The notes: generated from the letters alone by a model not told the origin. Positions 23,770 through 38,133 are shown, counted from the stretch's first letter. The stretch is DNA of 64,000 bases from Octopus bimaculoides (GCF_001194135.2 NC_068988.1:28193809-28257808); one strand, 5' to 3'. A program made the numbers and translations.

Positions 23770-25459
23770 GTAAGTAGTTCAACATTATTTTAATTTTTAT
23801 CTCCAAACACTTAAACTCTCTCTTTCTCTCTCTCTGTACGCATGTGTTCCAACTTGTACACCCATTTATTATTGCCACTTGGTTACAGTTTTAGTTCTTT
23901 TGACAAGTAACTCCCACCTGTGGAGGCGGCACTGTTTATGATGTTTTACTTTGATCGATAACCATGTTTATGATCGATGAGCTTATGCTTATCGTCAGCC
24001 GAATTTCATAAATTTTTTCATAAATTTTTGTTGATCGCCCCTTGTTTTTTGCCCACTTATATATATATATTTTCTGGAACACATTTAGTCCTTTGTGTCT
24101 TATCAACAACATGCATCTGTGTGTATATGTTGTGATTTGCGTATGTAAACACTATACATTTCAATACATATCTAACGCAAACTCTATGTATTTGTAACGT
24201 AAACTATATGTGCCTGTATAATCAACAACCTGTCTCAGTTATTATTCGTTATTTATGAAACTAGAAGAAAAATATGAATTTACCAAGTAATGTTTCAATT
24301 ATTCCAATCACTAACAAAAGTTAAGTTGGCTTTTCTCACATTAACTTTGATAAACTTGACTTGGAATATTCAATAAAACTTTTTTTTTTTTTGCATTAGT
24401 TGTTGATTGGAAATATTTATCTCTTTGGCAAAGGAAGAGAAATCTTTTAATGGCAAAGTAACTCTAAAAATTCATGCAAAATCTCTAAATTTGCATACAT
24501 GTGTCAACTTCCTGTAGAACTGGTGTAAAATCAATGAAGGAAGAGAACTGATCGATAAAATAAAGTGCCAGACAAGTAGTATATCGATTTAATATTCCTG
24601 AAATTGTATCCTAGATGTGAATGATTCAACACTTTTGGTTCACATTTTCATTAGAATTAACCAAAAAACGTTATTTCCCTTAATTTTAATTAACTACAAT
24701 TGCACGCTAACTTCAGGTGGTTGGTATTTTTTTTTTTTTTACAGAAGATCCAATAAATCGAATAAGTTCGTTGTAATTCTCATCATTTTCAATCGCTCTT
24801 TCAATATATTTTGTTGTTGTACAAATTCATTTTAGAATATGAAGTTTAGTTTGAAAACTTGGTTGAGGGCTCCAAGCATTCAATCGTTATATTTTCTATT
24901 AACGCCCTGGAACCCATATCATTTTATGTTAATGCATATTTTAGAAGATATTGGATTACTACTATTTTGTTAGTCACTAATAAGTTGAATATAATGTAAC
25001 AAAGAAATACGTAATTAGTTAGCACAGCAGGTGTTTAATTATAAAAGAACTGACAATTATTTCCAATATAATGGACATTTCTTTAACATTCCAGTCGCTA
25101 CTGTAAGAGAGCGTATTTCCTTTCAGTCTGTAAAATAGTAAATACATTTGTGTTGGCTGTTGCAAGGTTATTTTTCGAAAAAGGATTAGTACAAGATCGA
25201 CATTTCTTTATGTCTGTTGTTTCTTTAAAACATCGATTTATAGTCCAAAGTTTCTTTGTGATATCCCTTGACGTAGAGATCATCGTTTCGCTCCTTCTAA
25301 ACAATACTAATATCGTCTAGGTTCGTTTTATACAGGAAATAAAGATTTAATTTGAACATTATAACATTTCATTCCTCCCTTAACAAAATATACGAATTAT
25401 AATTGATTTCTCGTAATTTATACATTTATTACTTACACCCAAAGACTTGCTATAACTAC

Positions 25460-25986
25460 AGATGTGTGCCCCCATACATCGAATTTGTTTCCTCATAACT
25501 TTCTGAAAAATGCATGTTTTTAATGAAAATTTCCAGAGATACATATTAGATGGCGTAAACTAGAGGAGTTGTGTCGGAGATTATTGTGAAAAATGTTTTT
25601 CAGAAGGGTGAAGCGGAGTGTCGGTTAAAACACACCTCCATTTTTTTCCTCATAACTTAACGGATATTTATTTTAGTAAAGCATCTTTACATATATTCAT
25701 TTCAGATTGCGTAGATTAAGATTAGATCGGAATCTGATGTGGCGGAAAAGCAGGATGGCATCAGATAATTCATACACTTCGACTTTGTTTCCTCATACGC
25801 CTTGATGAAATGTGTGAATTATCCGCCCCCGCTAACCCCACCTTAATTTTTTATTTCACATCAAATTCCGATATAATCGTTATTCTACACAATCCGAAAT
25901 GTAATTTTTGAAAATTTCATCGGAAAAAATATCCATTTTTCAGAAAGTTATGAAGAAACAAAGTCGGTATTAGTGGACACACATCT
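25460..25986. mobile_element. Non-autonomous DNA transposon (MITE) with about 75-bp imperfect TIRs
   Basis: agatgtgtgcccccatacatcgaatttgtttcctcataactttctgaaaa mirrors ttttcagaaagttatgaagaaacaaagtcggtattagtggacacacatct. Confidence 0.75.
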
Positions 25987-26664
25987 TTCGTTATACCAAC
26001 AATAATAACGAGCAGAAAGAATAAATCACGCGACGTCACAGCATTTTGTAATTTGGTGTCTCCACTTCAAACTTAGCGCTATATTATTATTACGAAATAT
26101 TTTAGCTATTTTGGAAATTTTTTCTCGTTGTCCTAGAAAGTGGGATGGGCAATCAATCATACCGGCAAAAGTGAAAGTTGTGTTAGTTTTCCAAACATCC
26201 TGTCTATCATAAATAAGTTTTAACTCTTATTTTGCTAAGCTGGTCTGGAATTTGTTTGGTTCCCTACTTATGACCTTGAATTTATTCTGTATTTAAAAAC
26301 GCATTTTTGGTATATGTGGGTGTATATTTCACTAGATGTAACTACCCTCCGTGTGACCCTCGAATGTCTGTATAATCAAATAAAATTTTATCCGTGTTGC
26401 TTGTAGTCTGCTCTTTAAGCATGTCACGTTATAGCAGCTTGTTATGAAACGTTAATAATAACGTTAGAAAAGTTGACTATTTAATAATGATTACGTTGAT
26501 TTAAAAACATTCAGCGCTTAAATTATATTGACTGATCTGTTTACAATTAATCTGGATTGAAACTGTTCAGGTTTCTCTTATATATGCATACGTGCATATG
26601 AGGCAGTGATTGCTATTCCAAAACACCGCCTATACAGAGAAACATACACTCGGTCTTTCTTCCC

Positions 26665-26709
<45 letters not shown>

Positions 26710-27189
26710 TATGTATGCCGGTTCTTTACGTTTTGTATAGCCAAACATGTATCACGAACTTGTCTGTATTGAGCCGATAAGACGGTGCCATGAAAAAAAA
26801 AATTTACATCGTTAAGAGAAAAAGGAAAAAACTACCATTGTATTTTCTCAAGATGATTCGTGTAGTAATTGTCAAAAATGCCACTAAGAGTCGTGTATCG
26901 ACTTGATGAGGCAGATATATGTATGTGTGCGTCCACGTATGTATAAATAAATGTAAGTGTGTATATATTTTGTATATAAATGTGTGTATGTGTGTTGTAT
27001 AAGTATCTACACACACATATATACAGCTCCTTTCAACGATCAAAGGTAATAAGCTACCTTTGTTACACTCCATTTATAAATGTTTCTGAATGAAGAATGC
27101 ATATCACTCGAGTGAGAGGTGTGAACTGTAGTATCATCACCCTAATGCAATGTGTTCGTATGATAGAGTAGTTGATCAAAAGATTTCTC

Positions 27190-27465
27190 AGTTACAGTTC
27201 TTCCTTCAGGAATACTGAGAAATGGAATGTAACAAAGCAAGCAAATTATATCTGATTATTGAGAGAGAAAGCTATAAATGATATCAGTTGGAGAATTTTT
27301 GAAAAGTGTTGAGCTTATGAAAATGGTAGCAAAAAATGTGGCCTCTGTACTGCTGAAAAAAGACTAATTTGGAAAGCCCATGGATATCAGATATGTATTT
27401 TGAATATGAAATCAGTGTCAATCTGTGTTTGCAAACATTCTGATAAGTTGTCTTATAAAGTGACC
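27190..27465 (+). pseudogene. Penelope-like element, GIY-YIG endonuclease C-terminal fragment
   Basis: Reads DISWRIFEKC*AYENGSKKCGLCTAEKRLIWK..ILNMKS..CKHSDK, matching the W-x-I..C-x-LC-x-x-EK..LN..C-x-H pattern of Penelope-like ORF ends. Internal stop. Confidence 0.7.
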
Positions 27466-28712
27466 ATGGTCATTCTCAATGAGACAATGTATTTATACAT
27501 ATCTGGGTGATGAGAATGGAGATGCAAAGCTTCCATTCAATTATTTTAGAAACAAGTATTTCTTTCTTTTATACATATCCTTTTATGCCTGGAAAAAGGG
27601 GATTGTGGAGATGTGTCAGGGTTTACTACAACTGAAACTTTTCTTTGGTGGGTTTATTTTAAGACTTTAATTCTAAGCTTTGCTTTCGTGTTTGGAAAGA
27701 ATGATAATGTTTGCTATTTGCTATGAACTTTTTTCTCATCCCACATGGGAAGAACATCAATGGCACTATGTCCTATCTCAGATATGAACTGCATCTTATT
27801 TAAGCTAATTTTCACTCTTTTTATAAAGCTGATGCCTTTGCAGTTCTTTCTTTCTAGCGTCTCTTTTCTTCTTGTAGCAGTTGCCACACCAGTCATTGGA
27901 AATTACCCTTTTTTGTATTACCTGATTGATTATGTGGGTGGCAGGGATAGATAGTCCATTTGTTGAGTCTACTTGAGATAGTTCTTCACTTTTCCCCCAA
28001 AACTTCTCATTTAGCACACATCTCATTGTTGTATTTTCTATACTTCCTTCATGATGTCAGTAAGAGTGAGTGCCTCATTATCATTATGTCCATGCTTTTC
28101 CATATTGGTTCACTGTTTTGCATTTTGTAATTTGGCTGTCTTTGATCCTTTTGTCAAAACATTGGAAAACCTTTACATTCTGCTTCTCTCTGCTAAATTA
28201 TACAGGCACCACACATCTATAAAAGCAAGCATAGAAAACTGAATGTTAACACTCATCTATATATATATGGGGATGAAATATTTTGGTATTGCTGATTCGA
28301 TGCTGACTTCTTTGACATTAGACATTTTTATATTTCTCTCATTTTGTCTCTCTCTCTCCTTCTCTGTGAGTTTCTAGTTTGTATGTATGTGTAATGTCTC
28401 CATCTCTCTATCTCCTATGTGTATATTGTCTGTGCATGCATGCTTCTGTATGTGTGTGTGTGTATGCCTTCAGTGCCAAAATGTACTGTTGCCAAAGCAA
28501 TAATAATAATTTGATTGGAGATAGAATAATATCTGTCTGTGTGTTTTTCCTCCCCATTCCCCTTTCATCCATCCCTCACTGCCATCACTTAGTAGCATTT
28601 TTCTTGCCTTCCTGATTCTTCTGGAGCAGTGATTTTCAACTATTTTCTGCCTATGGACACCTTTGGTCCCTAATTTTACTTGGGTGGATCCTCACTATCA
28701 TTTGATGTTTAA

Positions 28713-28908
28713 CCCTTTTGTTACCATATTTCTGTTGAGATGCTCTGTGTTTCTTTCAATTACTTTAAATATAACAAAGAATTTAGCTAGTGTTAGGAAC
28801 ATAAATTGTGACAAAGGTTTGGTGGAAGATTTTAATTCACAACTTATGAAAACAAGACATTTGTACTACAGAACCAGAGCCAATTCAGCTGGGTTGATAA
28901 TGAAAGGG
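28713..28908. mobile_element. TTAA-flanked MITE (piggyBac-like ends)
   Basis: ttaa|cccttttgttacc ... gataatgaaaggg|ttaa. The same family lies in opposite orientation at 48859-49069. Confidence 0.75.
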
Positions 28909-29321
28909 TTAAAAAAAAAAACCTTATTGTATATTTATGATTAATTATTCTTAGGAACTGTATTTAAAATTGTTAAAATATTTTGTGTAATATAGAAGTA
29001 TAACCAGTTTATTGCTCATAAATTTTAATGACAAAATCTTATTTGGATATATTGAGTGAGAGACACAAATATATTCACATACATAACAAATGAGTACACA
29101 CACATGCATATGTATACACATATATGTCGTCCAGTCTTACTACCATTTCTTTTAATGTCCATTTCCCTATGCTTGTATGGGTGGTCTGTTCCTCTCCATC
29201 ATTGCTTGTCACTAGTCAACATGGTCGTTTGTCATCTCCTCCATGAAACTCAGCATCTTAAGATAAGCGTTCAACATTTCATCTCTGCATCTACCTTTGT
29301 TACGGGTTCCATCTTGAAGGC

Positions 29322-29580
29322 AAACGGCTTAGTGGTTAGTGCGTTCGGCTCACATTTGTAAGGTTGTGAGTTCAGTTCCCAGTGGGAACAAAACACTTTG
29401 TTTCATGTTGCTCCAGTTTACTCAACTGACAAAAATTAATTGTACCTGTAATTCAATGGGCCAACTTTGACACATCCTGTGTTGTGCTGAATCTCCCTGA
29501 GAACTACATTAATGCTACATGTGCCAGTGGAGTGCTCAGTCACTTGCATGTCAATTTCATGAGTAGGCTGTTCAATCCCA
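29322..29580 (+). mobile_element. tRNA-derived SINE, family B
   Basis: ggcttagtggttagtgcgttcggctcac head; gctgaatctccctgagaactac body. Confidence 0.75.
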
Positions 29581-31459
29581 GCTGTTCTGTACATGTTCTG
29601 TCTAAAACAGACGATGGGACCTGGTGCAGCTCCCAGCCTTGCCAGCTCCTGTGAAACCATCCAACCCATACCAGCATGGAAAATGGACATTAAATGATGA
29701 TGATGAGAGGTAGTAAACTCCAACCTGTTCTCATTCTACCTGCTATTCTTTTGGAGTACTCAACTCCACAATTAATTAGGACACTTTGGTAACAAGCTAC
29801 CTACTACTTTTAGGGAGCCATTCAGATATTTGAGAAAATCTATTTCCTGCTTTTATTGGTCCTGTGCATCTGCCCCACAAATAGTTTGCTTTCTCCATTA
29901 GCCTGACTGATTTCACTGCACCTCTTTCACATCCATACTTTACACTAATTACCCTGAATGGAATTCTCTCTCTCTCGGGCTACCTTGATTACTTCATCTA
30001 TCTATTTCTTTACCAATACCATGCCTTCTTCATCCACAGTATTGCTACTGCTCATGCACAAGGATTTTGTTCCTTGCCTGTGAGGAGTCTGGTTGAGAGT
30101 CCTTTCCATTTAACTTCTTGCATAAAGCACATATTTCTACTTGTCTCTGCTCTAGCATCTCTAGGGTCCGGTATTGGGGCACTTACACATGTCCAGATAT
30201 TTTCAAGTAATGAATTCCATTTTACCATTAATTGCTAAACCAAGTGGACTCAAGTGCATGTGACAAGATGACCACCTGGTCACGAACAGGATTTAACTGA
30301 AGATAGATTTGGATACTTCGCAATTACTACAGAGGAAATTTGGGAATAATGAGTGTGTGTATACATATACAAAGACATTTTATACATACACACACATTCA
30401 TTGACAAATTATGAATGAATTTAAAACAATAATTGCAAGTGGAACGAATAAAGTTTGTTTTTAAGAAAAATGTAAATGAGGTTGGAAAGTAGGAACAGGA
30501 TGAGAGAGAAATAGGCATTGATTAAATTAGAATCATAGATAAAATGAAATGTTACTGTTTCTTTTAATAAACATAATCATCATCATCTAACATCTACTAT
30601 TCCATGTTTGCATGGGTTAAACAGAATTTGTTGAGGTAGATTTATTATGGCTGGATGCCTTTTCTGTTACCAGCCTTCATAGTTGTTAACAAGCAAGGTA
30701 ATATTTCCCCATGGCCAGATATGGTTTCACGGAAGAGTGAAAATGGACAACATTGCTTGTATGGTGGTGATACATGTTTACTGCTTAATATGTAATGTCA
30801 AGGCAAGGGTTCATATACACTTACCCCCCCCCCCCCACACATCTATATACATATAAGACAAGTTTCATTCTGTTTCTAATAACCAAATCCATTCACAAGG
30901 CTTTGGTTAACCTGGGGCTGTAGTAGAAGACACTTGCCCAAGGTGCCACTCAGTGGGACTGAACCCATAATGATGTGGTTGGAAAGCAAACTTCTCAACC
31001 ACACAACCTCATCTGCACCTGTCCCATCCACACCTGTGCCTATTAACTAGTATTGCAAAATGCTGCCACCTGATAATAATTTCAGGTATAGTAAAACATT
31101 GAAATGGTAAAATTTCATATTTTGAAAGCAGAGAGAAGTGAAAATTATGTCTTGTCTTGTTGCTTGCAATTGGTTAACTGTAAGTGTGTATCTATAAAAA
31201 ATATGGTCACAGTTGTCTCTTAGTGCATGTGCATAAAGTTGTTTTCTATATTTTCTTCTGCACATGATATCTTAAAAGTTTCGATTATGCTTAGAATAAG
31301 CACAGATAAAATTTAAAATTTCAGATATTGTAAAAAAATTATGGTCTCTTAATCAGCTACTGCAAAATGTCACTGTTTGATGGTAAACCATTTCAGGAAT
31401 AGTAAACTGCTAAGATAGGAAAATGGCATATACAGAGAGAGAGTGTGTGAGAGCAATGT

Positions 31460-31640
31460 CTGGAATTGATGGGTCTTAAAGTAAACTTAACCAAGACTAA
31501 AGTTATGAGTAGAAATGGAGACAGGACTTCTGTCTATCAGGGAAATGGCTATGCTCAAAATGCAGAAAAGGAGTCGGCATAAATTCCATAATGTTGTGGG
31601 CATTGCTTTACTGGATGTGTAGTGTCAGTATGCCTGAATG
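31460..31640 (+). pseudogene. RTE-clade LINE fragment (end of RT plus Cys-rich motif)
   Basis: Frameshifted LELMGLKVNLTKTK / VMSRNGDRTSVYQ / GKWLCSKCRKGVGINSI, like the GLkvN..KTK..GKwpC..CrkGVg.NSI segment of RTE LINEs. Confidence 0.7.
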
Positions 31641-31827
31641 ACACAGTAGAAAAAGAAGAATCAGATGTTTTTTACAAGAGAGAAGAATGCAAGAGTATGG
31701 ACATTCATCCTCTCATGCATTGTATACGCCTTTCTATCTTGTCATTCCAATGGCCATGCTGTCAAGACTACTTGCTCTTCAAATAGTTTTGTTATTTAGC
31801 TACATTTAAAGTACTTACTTTATTTGT

Positions 31828-31876
<49 letters not shown>

Positions 31877-32769
31877 GTAGTGGTAGTTGTGGTGGTGATG
31901 ATACTACAACCACTCCCATTATAAATATAATGGCCAACAGCCTTGTCTCAAACCAGCTGCACTGGAACTGCGTTTGTGATCAGGTGGCAGGTAGTGCTAG
32001 GGAAATTTTAACACCAAATGATAAATGATTATATGAAGTTTTTGCAAGTTTATGAATGGCTAATATGTGACTTCCACACTGTAAGTTGCTTAAGTTTTGA
32101 TACACCGTCTCAGATCACTTGCCAGACAAGTACAGTTTCAAAATGCACACACACACACACACAGATAGATAGCTAGAGAGAGGGATATGCTCTTGTGTAT
32201 ATACACAATATCTATATACTTAGATCCATACTCATGATGGTACAAGCAGTTCTCAAGTTGAGGAAAGCTCCAGTAAAATTAAAGCCAAAAGGAGTAAAAG
32301 TGTGTGAACTTGTTATTACTTGGAAACTAAGAGTCTAGAGCTATCATATGTTAGATTCTCACAGTTGGTAGTATAATTATGGAAGGGGTGGCATTGCTCC
32401 AAAGCATTCTGAGCATTTGTTTAGATACCCTTAGAGGCTTTAACAAAGTATTTGTTTCTCTGAAGGGCATCCAGCCATAGAAACCATGCCAGACTAGGCT
32501 GGAGTCTGGTACAGCCTTCCAGCTTGCCGGCTTTGGTCAAACCGTCCAACCCATACCAGCATGGACAACAGACATTAAATGATGATAGTGATGATGGTAT
32601 ACACATATAGCTTCTTCTTGTTCCATTAATGTAAGGACTGGTTAGTTCTTTTATCTTCATTTTCATGGTGCAGTTGGTGTTGCTATTTCTAAGTTACCAT
32701 GTGCATACTTATAACACCGTGCCATCTTGTCTTTGTCTCAGAAGGAAGCAATGTGATTTTCATAACATT

Positions 32770-33057
32770 GAATTACCAGTGCCACTTGACTGGCTCCTGT
32801 GCAGGTGGCACATAAAAAACACCTTTTTGAGCGTGGCCATTGCTAGTACCGTGTGACTAGCCCTCATGCCGGTGGCACGTAAAAGCACCCATTATACTCT
32901 CGGAGTGGTTGGCGTTAGGAAGGGCATCCAGCTGTAGAAACTCTGCCAAATCAGATTGGAGCCTGGTGCAGCCTTCTGGCTTGCCAGTCCTCAGCCAAAT
33001 CATCCCACCCATGCTAGAATGGAAAGCGGACGTTAAACGATGATGATGATGATGATT
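32770..33057 (+). mobile_element. Family C SINE with (GAT)n tail
   Basis: ggcacgtaaaagcaccc..ttggcgttaggaagggcatccagctgtagaaactctgcc..ggaaagcggacgttaaacgatgatgat. Further + copies at about 32450-32600, 34268-34412, 35270-35565, 35836-35950, 56570-56775 and 62640-62845. - copies at about 15005-15200, 37310-37530, 39470-39610 and 40190-40370. Confidence 0.85.
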
Positions 33058-36000
33058 TCTCCAATCTGTATTTGTGGAGCTGACTCCATTTGTATTGCAA
33101 ACCTGTTCAGTAGGTATGTCCCTATATTTTTGCATATACACTCCTCAAATGTGGATATATATGGTTTACTTGCTAGTTTAGTTTTATGTTAGGAGTATTT
33201 GTGTGTTATTCTTATTAAAAGTGATCCTATACTTAAGCTGGCTGTGAAAACGCTTATTTATCAATTCAAGGAATCTTTCCTCTATATTGGTTTTTATATT
33301 CTGGGAGAAAGGTGCAGTAAACTAGATTGTGTTCCAAGCCTATTCTTGGATCAAAGGAGGAGGTTGGTAGATGCAGTAACTACTGTTTCAGTAGTGAAGG
33401 CTCTGTTAAAATAGGTTGTTGCTCTATTGAAGATCCCTGCATGAGAAGCTGGAGATCCTTGTATTAATATTCTTGATTAAGGTTCCAAAAACTCAAATTG
33501 GATGGCAGTACCCATATTTATATATCACAGTGTTTCAGAAAGTGTTTTGTAAGATTTGTATGTATTTGTGTCTCAATTGAGGGAGATGTCCAAGAACTTA
33601 GCTATCATAAGACTGGTCTTTTATTGTGATTTGTAGTCGGAGCTGACTGAAAGTGCTAAGTTCCTTTGCAAACGTATTGCAGGCTTTGACTATTAGAGTT
33701 GTGGCTTGACCTTTATCCCTGTGTGTACCAGTGTTGTGGTTATTGAATTTTTATGACTTCTAGTATAGGCTCCTGAGACTGCATATACCTGCATGTCTGA
33801 CCTCATATTAACATTAAAGGTGCCTATAGTGAGAACTCCAAATATGTTTTAGTCTTGTTAGGATTCATTAGTGAAGAATAGTCTGTAACTGCCAGATATC
33901 AGGATGATTAAAGAATGTAGAGTTGTAATTTTAATGAAAGTTTTTTTTTAATTCGTGTATTGTAATTTGCTGTAATATTATTGCTCTAAATTGAAGTTAG
34001 ACTCCTCAGAAACATGATGGCAAAGCAGGAAGTTGCAATGCAAATGGTAACTCACTATCATACAATAGCTGCTGTCAGATTCCTCTGATTCATTCATTGT
34101 TTAGGCACATATTAACTTGTTCTCTGATATGTCCACCTACTATGTGAATACATTTTGTTTTACTGATGTTTTGGTCTTAATTTATAAAGAGTTAATTTTG
34201 AGAACCATGCTATTGAAATTACATAGCACCTGGAACAATCCATTTCAATTTAAAGCTATGTGAGTGGTTGTAGTTAGGAAGGGCATCCAGCTGTAGAAAC
34301 TCTGCCAGATCAGACTGGAGCCTGGAGCAACCATCTGGCTCACCAGTTCCCAGTCAAACCATCCAACCCATGCTAGCATGGAATGCGGACATTAAACGAT
34401 GATGATGATGAGTGAATTAGAGTAGATGGAAGCTGTATTACAGCTTGTGAGATAGCTTGTACCTGCTTTTGAGTGGTAGTCTTTAACCCTTTAGCATTTG
34501 AACCAGCCATATGCAGCCCAAATGTTCTACCTCTTTTGTAAGCATTACATTTGACAGATTAATATGAATATGAAGGAGTTAATCTGTTGCCTGTTTAATA
34601 AATAGATTCCATTGAAAGCCCCCGGGGTACCTTTGCTTGTTTTTACTCATTTGTAAACATTCTGACCAGGTCTGCTGTGTGTTTCCCTTTTTATGCACTG
34701 GGAGGCAAAGAAAGACTAAAATAACATTACAACAAACAGGTATGGTTGTGAGGTTAAGAAACTCATTTTGCTACCACATAGCTTTGGGTTGAGTCCCAGT
34801 GTGGCACCTTAGGCAAGTGTCTTCTACTATAGCCCTGGGCTGACCAGTGTTTTACAAGTAAATTTGGTAGACGGAAACTATATGGAAACTTGTGTGTGTA
34901 TCCTTGTGTTTGTCCACTCATCCTTCACTTGATAACCAATGTTGGTTTGTCTCCATCCCCCATAACTTAGTGGTTTGAGCAAAAGAGACCAATAGAATAA
35001 ATACCAAACTTTAAAACAGTGAGTACTAGGATTGGCTGTACAATCATACAGCCATATATATAAGTATATAAAACCCAAATACCCTTCTCCCTGCAGCATA
35101 CAAATTGCAGTCTGTATGCTGCAGAGTGAAGGGTATTTTACTTTTGATGATGTGGAGTAGTATTTTTTGTTGTTTGAATATTGAGACAGAATGATTGTTT
35201 GTTTTTGTAACTGGTCTAATTAGATGTGCCATGTTCATTTTTCTATTGCCAAAACAATTACCACATAAAACGCACCCGTGTTGGTGCCACATATAAAGCA
35301 CCCATGCTGGTGTCACATTAAAAACCACATGTGCTGGTGCGATGTGTAAAGTACTGGTGCTGGTTACACTTAGAAAGCACCCAGTTCACTCTGTAAAGTG
35401 GTTGGCGTAAGGAAGGGCATCCAGCCATAGAATCCATGCCAAAACAGACAAAGGAATCCTAGAGCAGGTGTCTGGCTTGCCAGCTCCTGTTTGACCATCC
35501 CATGCCAGCTCCTGTTTGACCATCCTATGCCAGCATGAAAAACAGATGTTAAATGATGATGAGGATTTGTACAACAAGGCCTTTATAATTTCTGCCATTT
35601 TTGTATGAAATTATAGAGAATGTTTGGATAATTGTGGAAAGGTTATTTTTAAGGTTTGTTCCATCTCTAATATCAGGAATAACAAATGAAACTTTGAATA
35701 TATATTTAATTAATTACTCTTAAAGTTGTTTATTGATATTTTATTGCCTGGCTTTCTCTTTATTAATACACAATTTTCAGAGATATCCTAACAGTTTATT
35801 AAAAATATATCAATATTAATTCATTTCTTCATTAATTAGATTGGAGCCTGGTGTTGCCATCCGGTTTCACCAGTCCTCAGTCAAATCGTCCAACCCATGC
35901 TAGCATGGAAAGCGGACGTTAAACGATGATGATGATGATGATGATGATGATTAAGACAAGACTACAGATTTCTTTTTTTTTTTAATGAATTTTGCAGTGT

Positions 36001-37689
36001 ATTCATCCATCTTCTCTGTCCAATATTTCTGGGAGGGTTGTAGGAGTAGAGTCTTTGACACTTCCTTCATAGAGTCCTATCAGAAGTAACCGTTATTACA
36101 CTCTTCTACCGGATTCCCAAGCACGATCAACTGAGACTTTGGATATTATCCAATCATCTTGCACTTGGTCTACTCCTAGGGGTTGGCTCAGCTTGAAGAA
36201 CCCATTTTGCAATTCTTTCCTGTGGCATTCTAATCACATGTCAGAAGTACCAAAGTATGCTTTTTTAATTCAGAGAAGTAGTGGCTTGATATGAAGAGAC
36301 TCCTTGGTCTCCAAGCTACACACCCTGCCAGAGGGCCATTGGAGGAGCCCCATTTTAGCAGCTTGTATTTATCAAGGAGGTTAATCCTATTTGGACGATG
36401 TTAGTTATTTGCTTTGGCTACTTAAATATTATCAAGGAGCCTCTCAAGCACAATATTATTGTCCCCATCAGCATTCTCATAATTTTAGTTCCACACTCTT
36501 AGTTTTCTATTATCTGTTTACTGTCATTTTATACTTCGTTTTGAAAGCATTTATGTTATTTGAAATCCACTTTAAAGGATACAATAGACTTTTGAGTCCT
36601 AAACAATGGCTTCTTAATAAAACTGTTATTGAAGTGACATAGTATGTTAATGTCACATAGGTAGATGTCTGGTCAGGTAAAACTTCTCTAAGATATTAAT
36701 TTAAAATGTGTGGTATGTACGTTCTTTTTCATTATTAGTGTTTATATATTTACTATTTTCTAAAGAAAACATTTTTATTGCCTTCTGGAATTATATACAG
36801 CTATTTAATAAATTTGTGTCCTTTATTTATGCTCTTATATCGGGGTTGTCTGATATATTCCATGGCTTGTTGTCACCACTAAGTTATTGTGTAGGTCACT
36901 GATTTAATTAGCAGTTAGATCAAGGAATTGACTATTAAATACGGTCAATGAATATAATTTTCTAACAAAGCTGCTGACTTGCCGGCTCTACTCATAGTTA
37001 AGCATTTCGATTCAAATCTTCTAGTCGGGTTGTTTAGTTGTAGTGTGACCTTCATTTCATCACCTTTTGTGCATGTCAGACTTTGTTTATCTCCCCTCCT
37101 TTATAATCTCCCCTTCCTACATTAATAACATGCTTGTGACAACTTATTACGTAAGCAACCAATGCAGAGGACACTGCATTACTGCCATACCTTCTGCATA
37201 CAGATCTCAACCAGATGTAACATTGACACATCACTTCATGTCATAACATAAACATTCCCCACGAACAGAAACGTAACAGAGCCTCACAAACCAACAAACA
37301 GCTTCTTTATCATCGTCATCATCATCATCATTTAACGTCCGTGTTCCATGCGTGGAACGGTACCACAAACGCCGGCCAGGCCGAAGCCTGCACCAGGCTT
37401 CTGTGACTGTTTTGGCAGGATTTTTACAGCTGGATGCCCTTCCTAACACCAATCACTCAGCTTTTTATGTGGCACATGCACAGGCAAGGTGAGCAGTGCT
37501 GACCTCGCCTGTGCATGTGCCACTTAAAAACTTTATAGTTGCTCAATCTGCAAGAAACTGCTAAACTTCCCTCAAATCGTATCCTATTTATCTCTCTCTA
37601 ATCCTGCATCTTTCTGCATTTAAGTTATTTCTCTTAATGTTTCACTAGCGATTGGTTGATAAGAATATAATAATGTATGGCACCACGCA

Positions 37690-38100
37690 AAAAATACCCA
37701 GTCCCTCTGTACAAAACCTTGTACAGGTGTCTTCTACTATAGCCCAAGGCCAACCAATGCCTTGTAAGTGAATCTGGCAGACAGAAACTACCTGGAAGCC
37801 TATACATACATACATACATACATACATACATACATACATACATACATACATACATACGTACATACAAATATATCTATATCTATACACACACTCACATGTG
37901 TCTGTGTTTGTCACCTACCCCTCTGCTTGACAAACAGTGTTGGTTTGTTTACATCCCTGCAACTTAGTGGTTTCACAAAAGAGACTGATAGAATAAGAAC
38001 CAGACTGAAAAGCATAAGTACTGGGGGTGAGCTGTTTGACTAAAATTCTTCAGAGCGGTGCCCCAGCATGACTGCAGTCCAATATCTGAAACAAAAGACA
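37690..38100 (+). mobile_element. Family A SINE with internal (CATA)n
   Basis: gtgtcttctactatagcc..gacagaaact..(cata)n..gtactgggggtga..ccccagcatgactgcagtcc tail. Other copies at about 12770-13025(-), 14655-14830(+), 17660-17875(-), 17920-18060(+), 30860-31040(-), 34735-35040(+), 38880-39240(-) and 56275-56420(-). Confidence 0.8.
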
Positions 38101-38133
38101 AAATGATAAAAATATATTTGAATAGCCTCACAC

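Noticed and set aside
22035-23878. Antisense and shifted-frame ORFs over Sp exon 2
   Set aside because: By-products of the codon pattern of a long low-complexity exon; no independent signals.
27878-27950. Possible extra phase-1 exon in Sp intron 2 (AVATPVIG...)
   Set aside because: The acceptor is plausible, but there is no good donor, and exons 2 and 3 already join in frame.
33400-33900. Decayed LINE endonuclease (LTIGTFNV) on the - strand; similar hints at 29950-30300 and 36000-36350
   Set aside because: Too degraded to assign from sequence alone.
35270-35400. CRISPR-like short repeats (also 60775-61050)
   Set aside because: Degenerate tandem modules of the family C SINE 5' region; no unique spacers, no cas genes, eukaryotic context.
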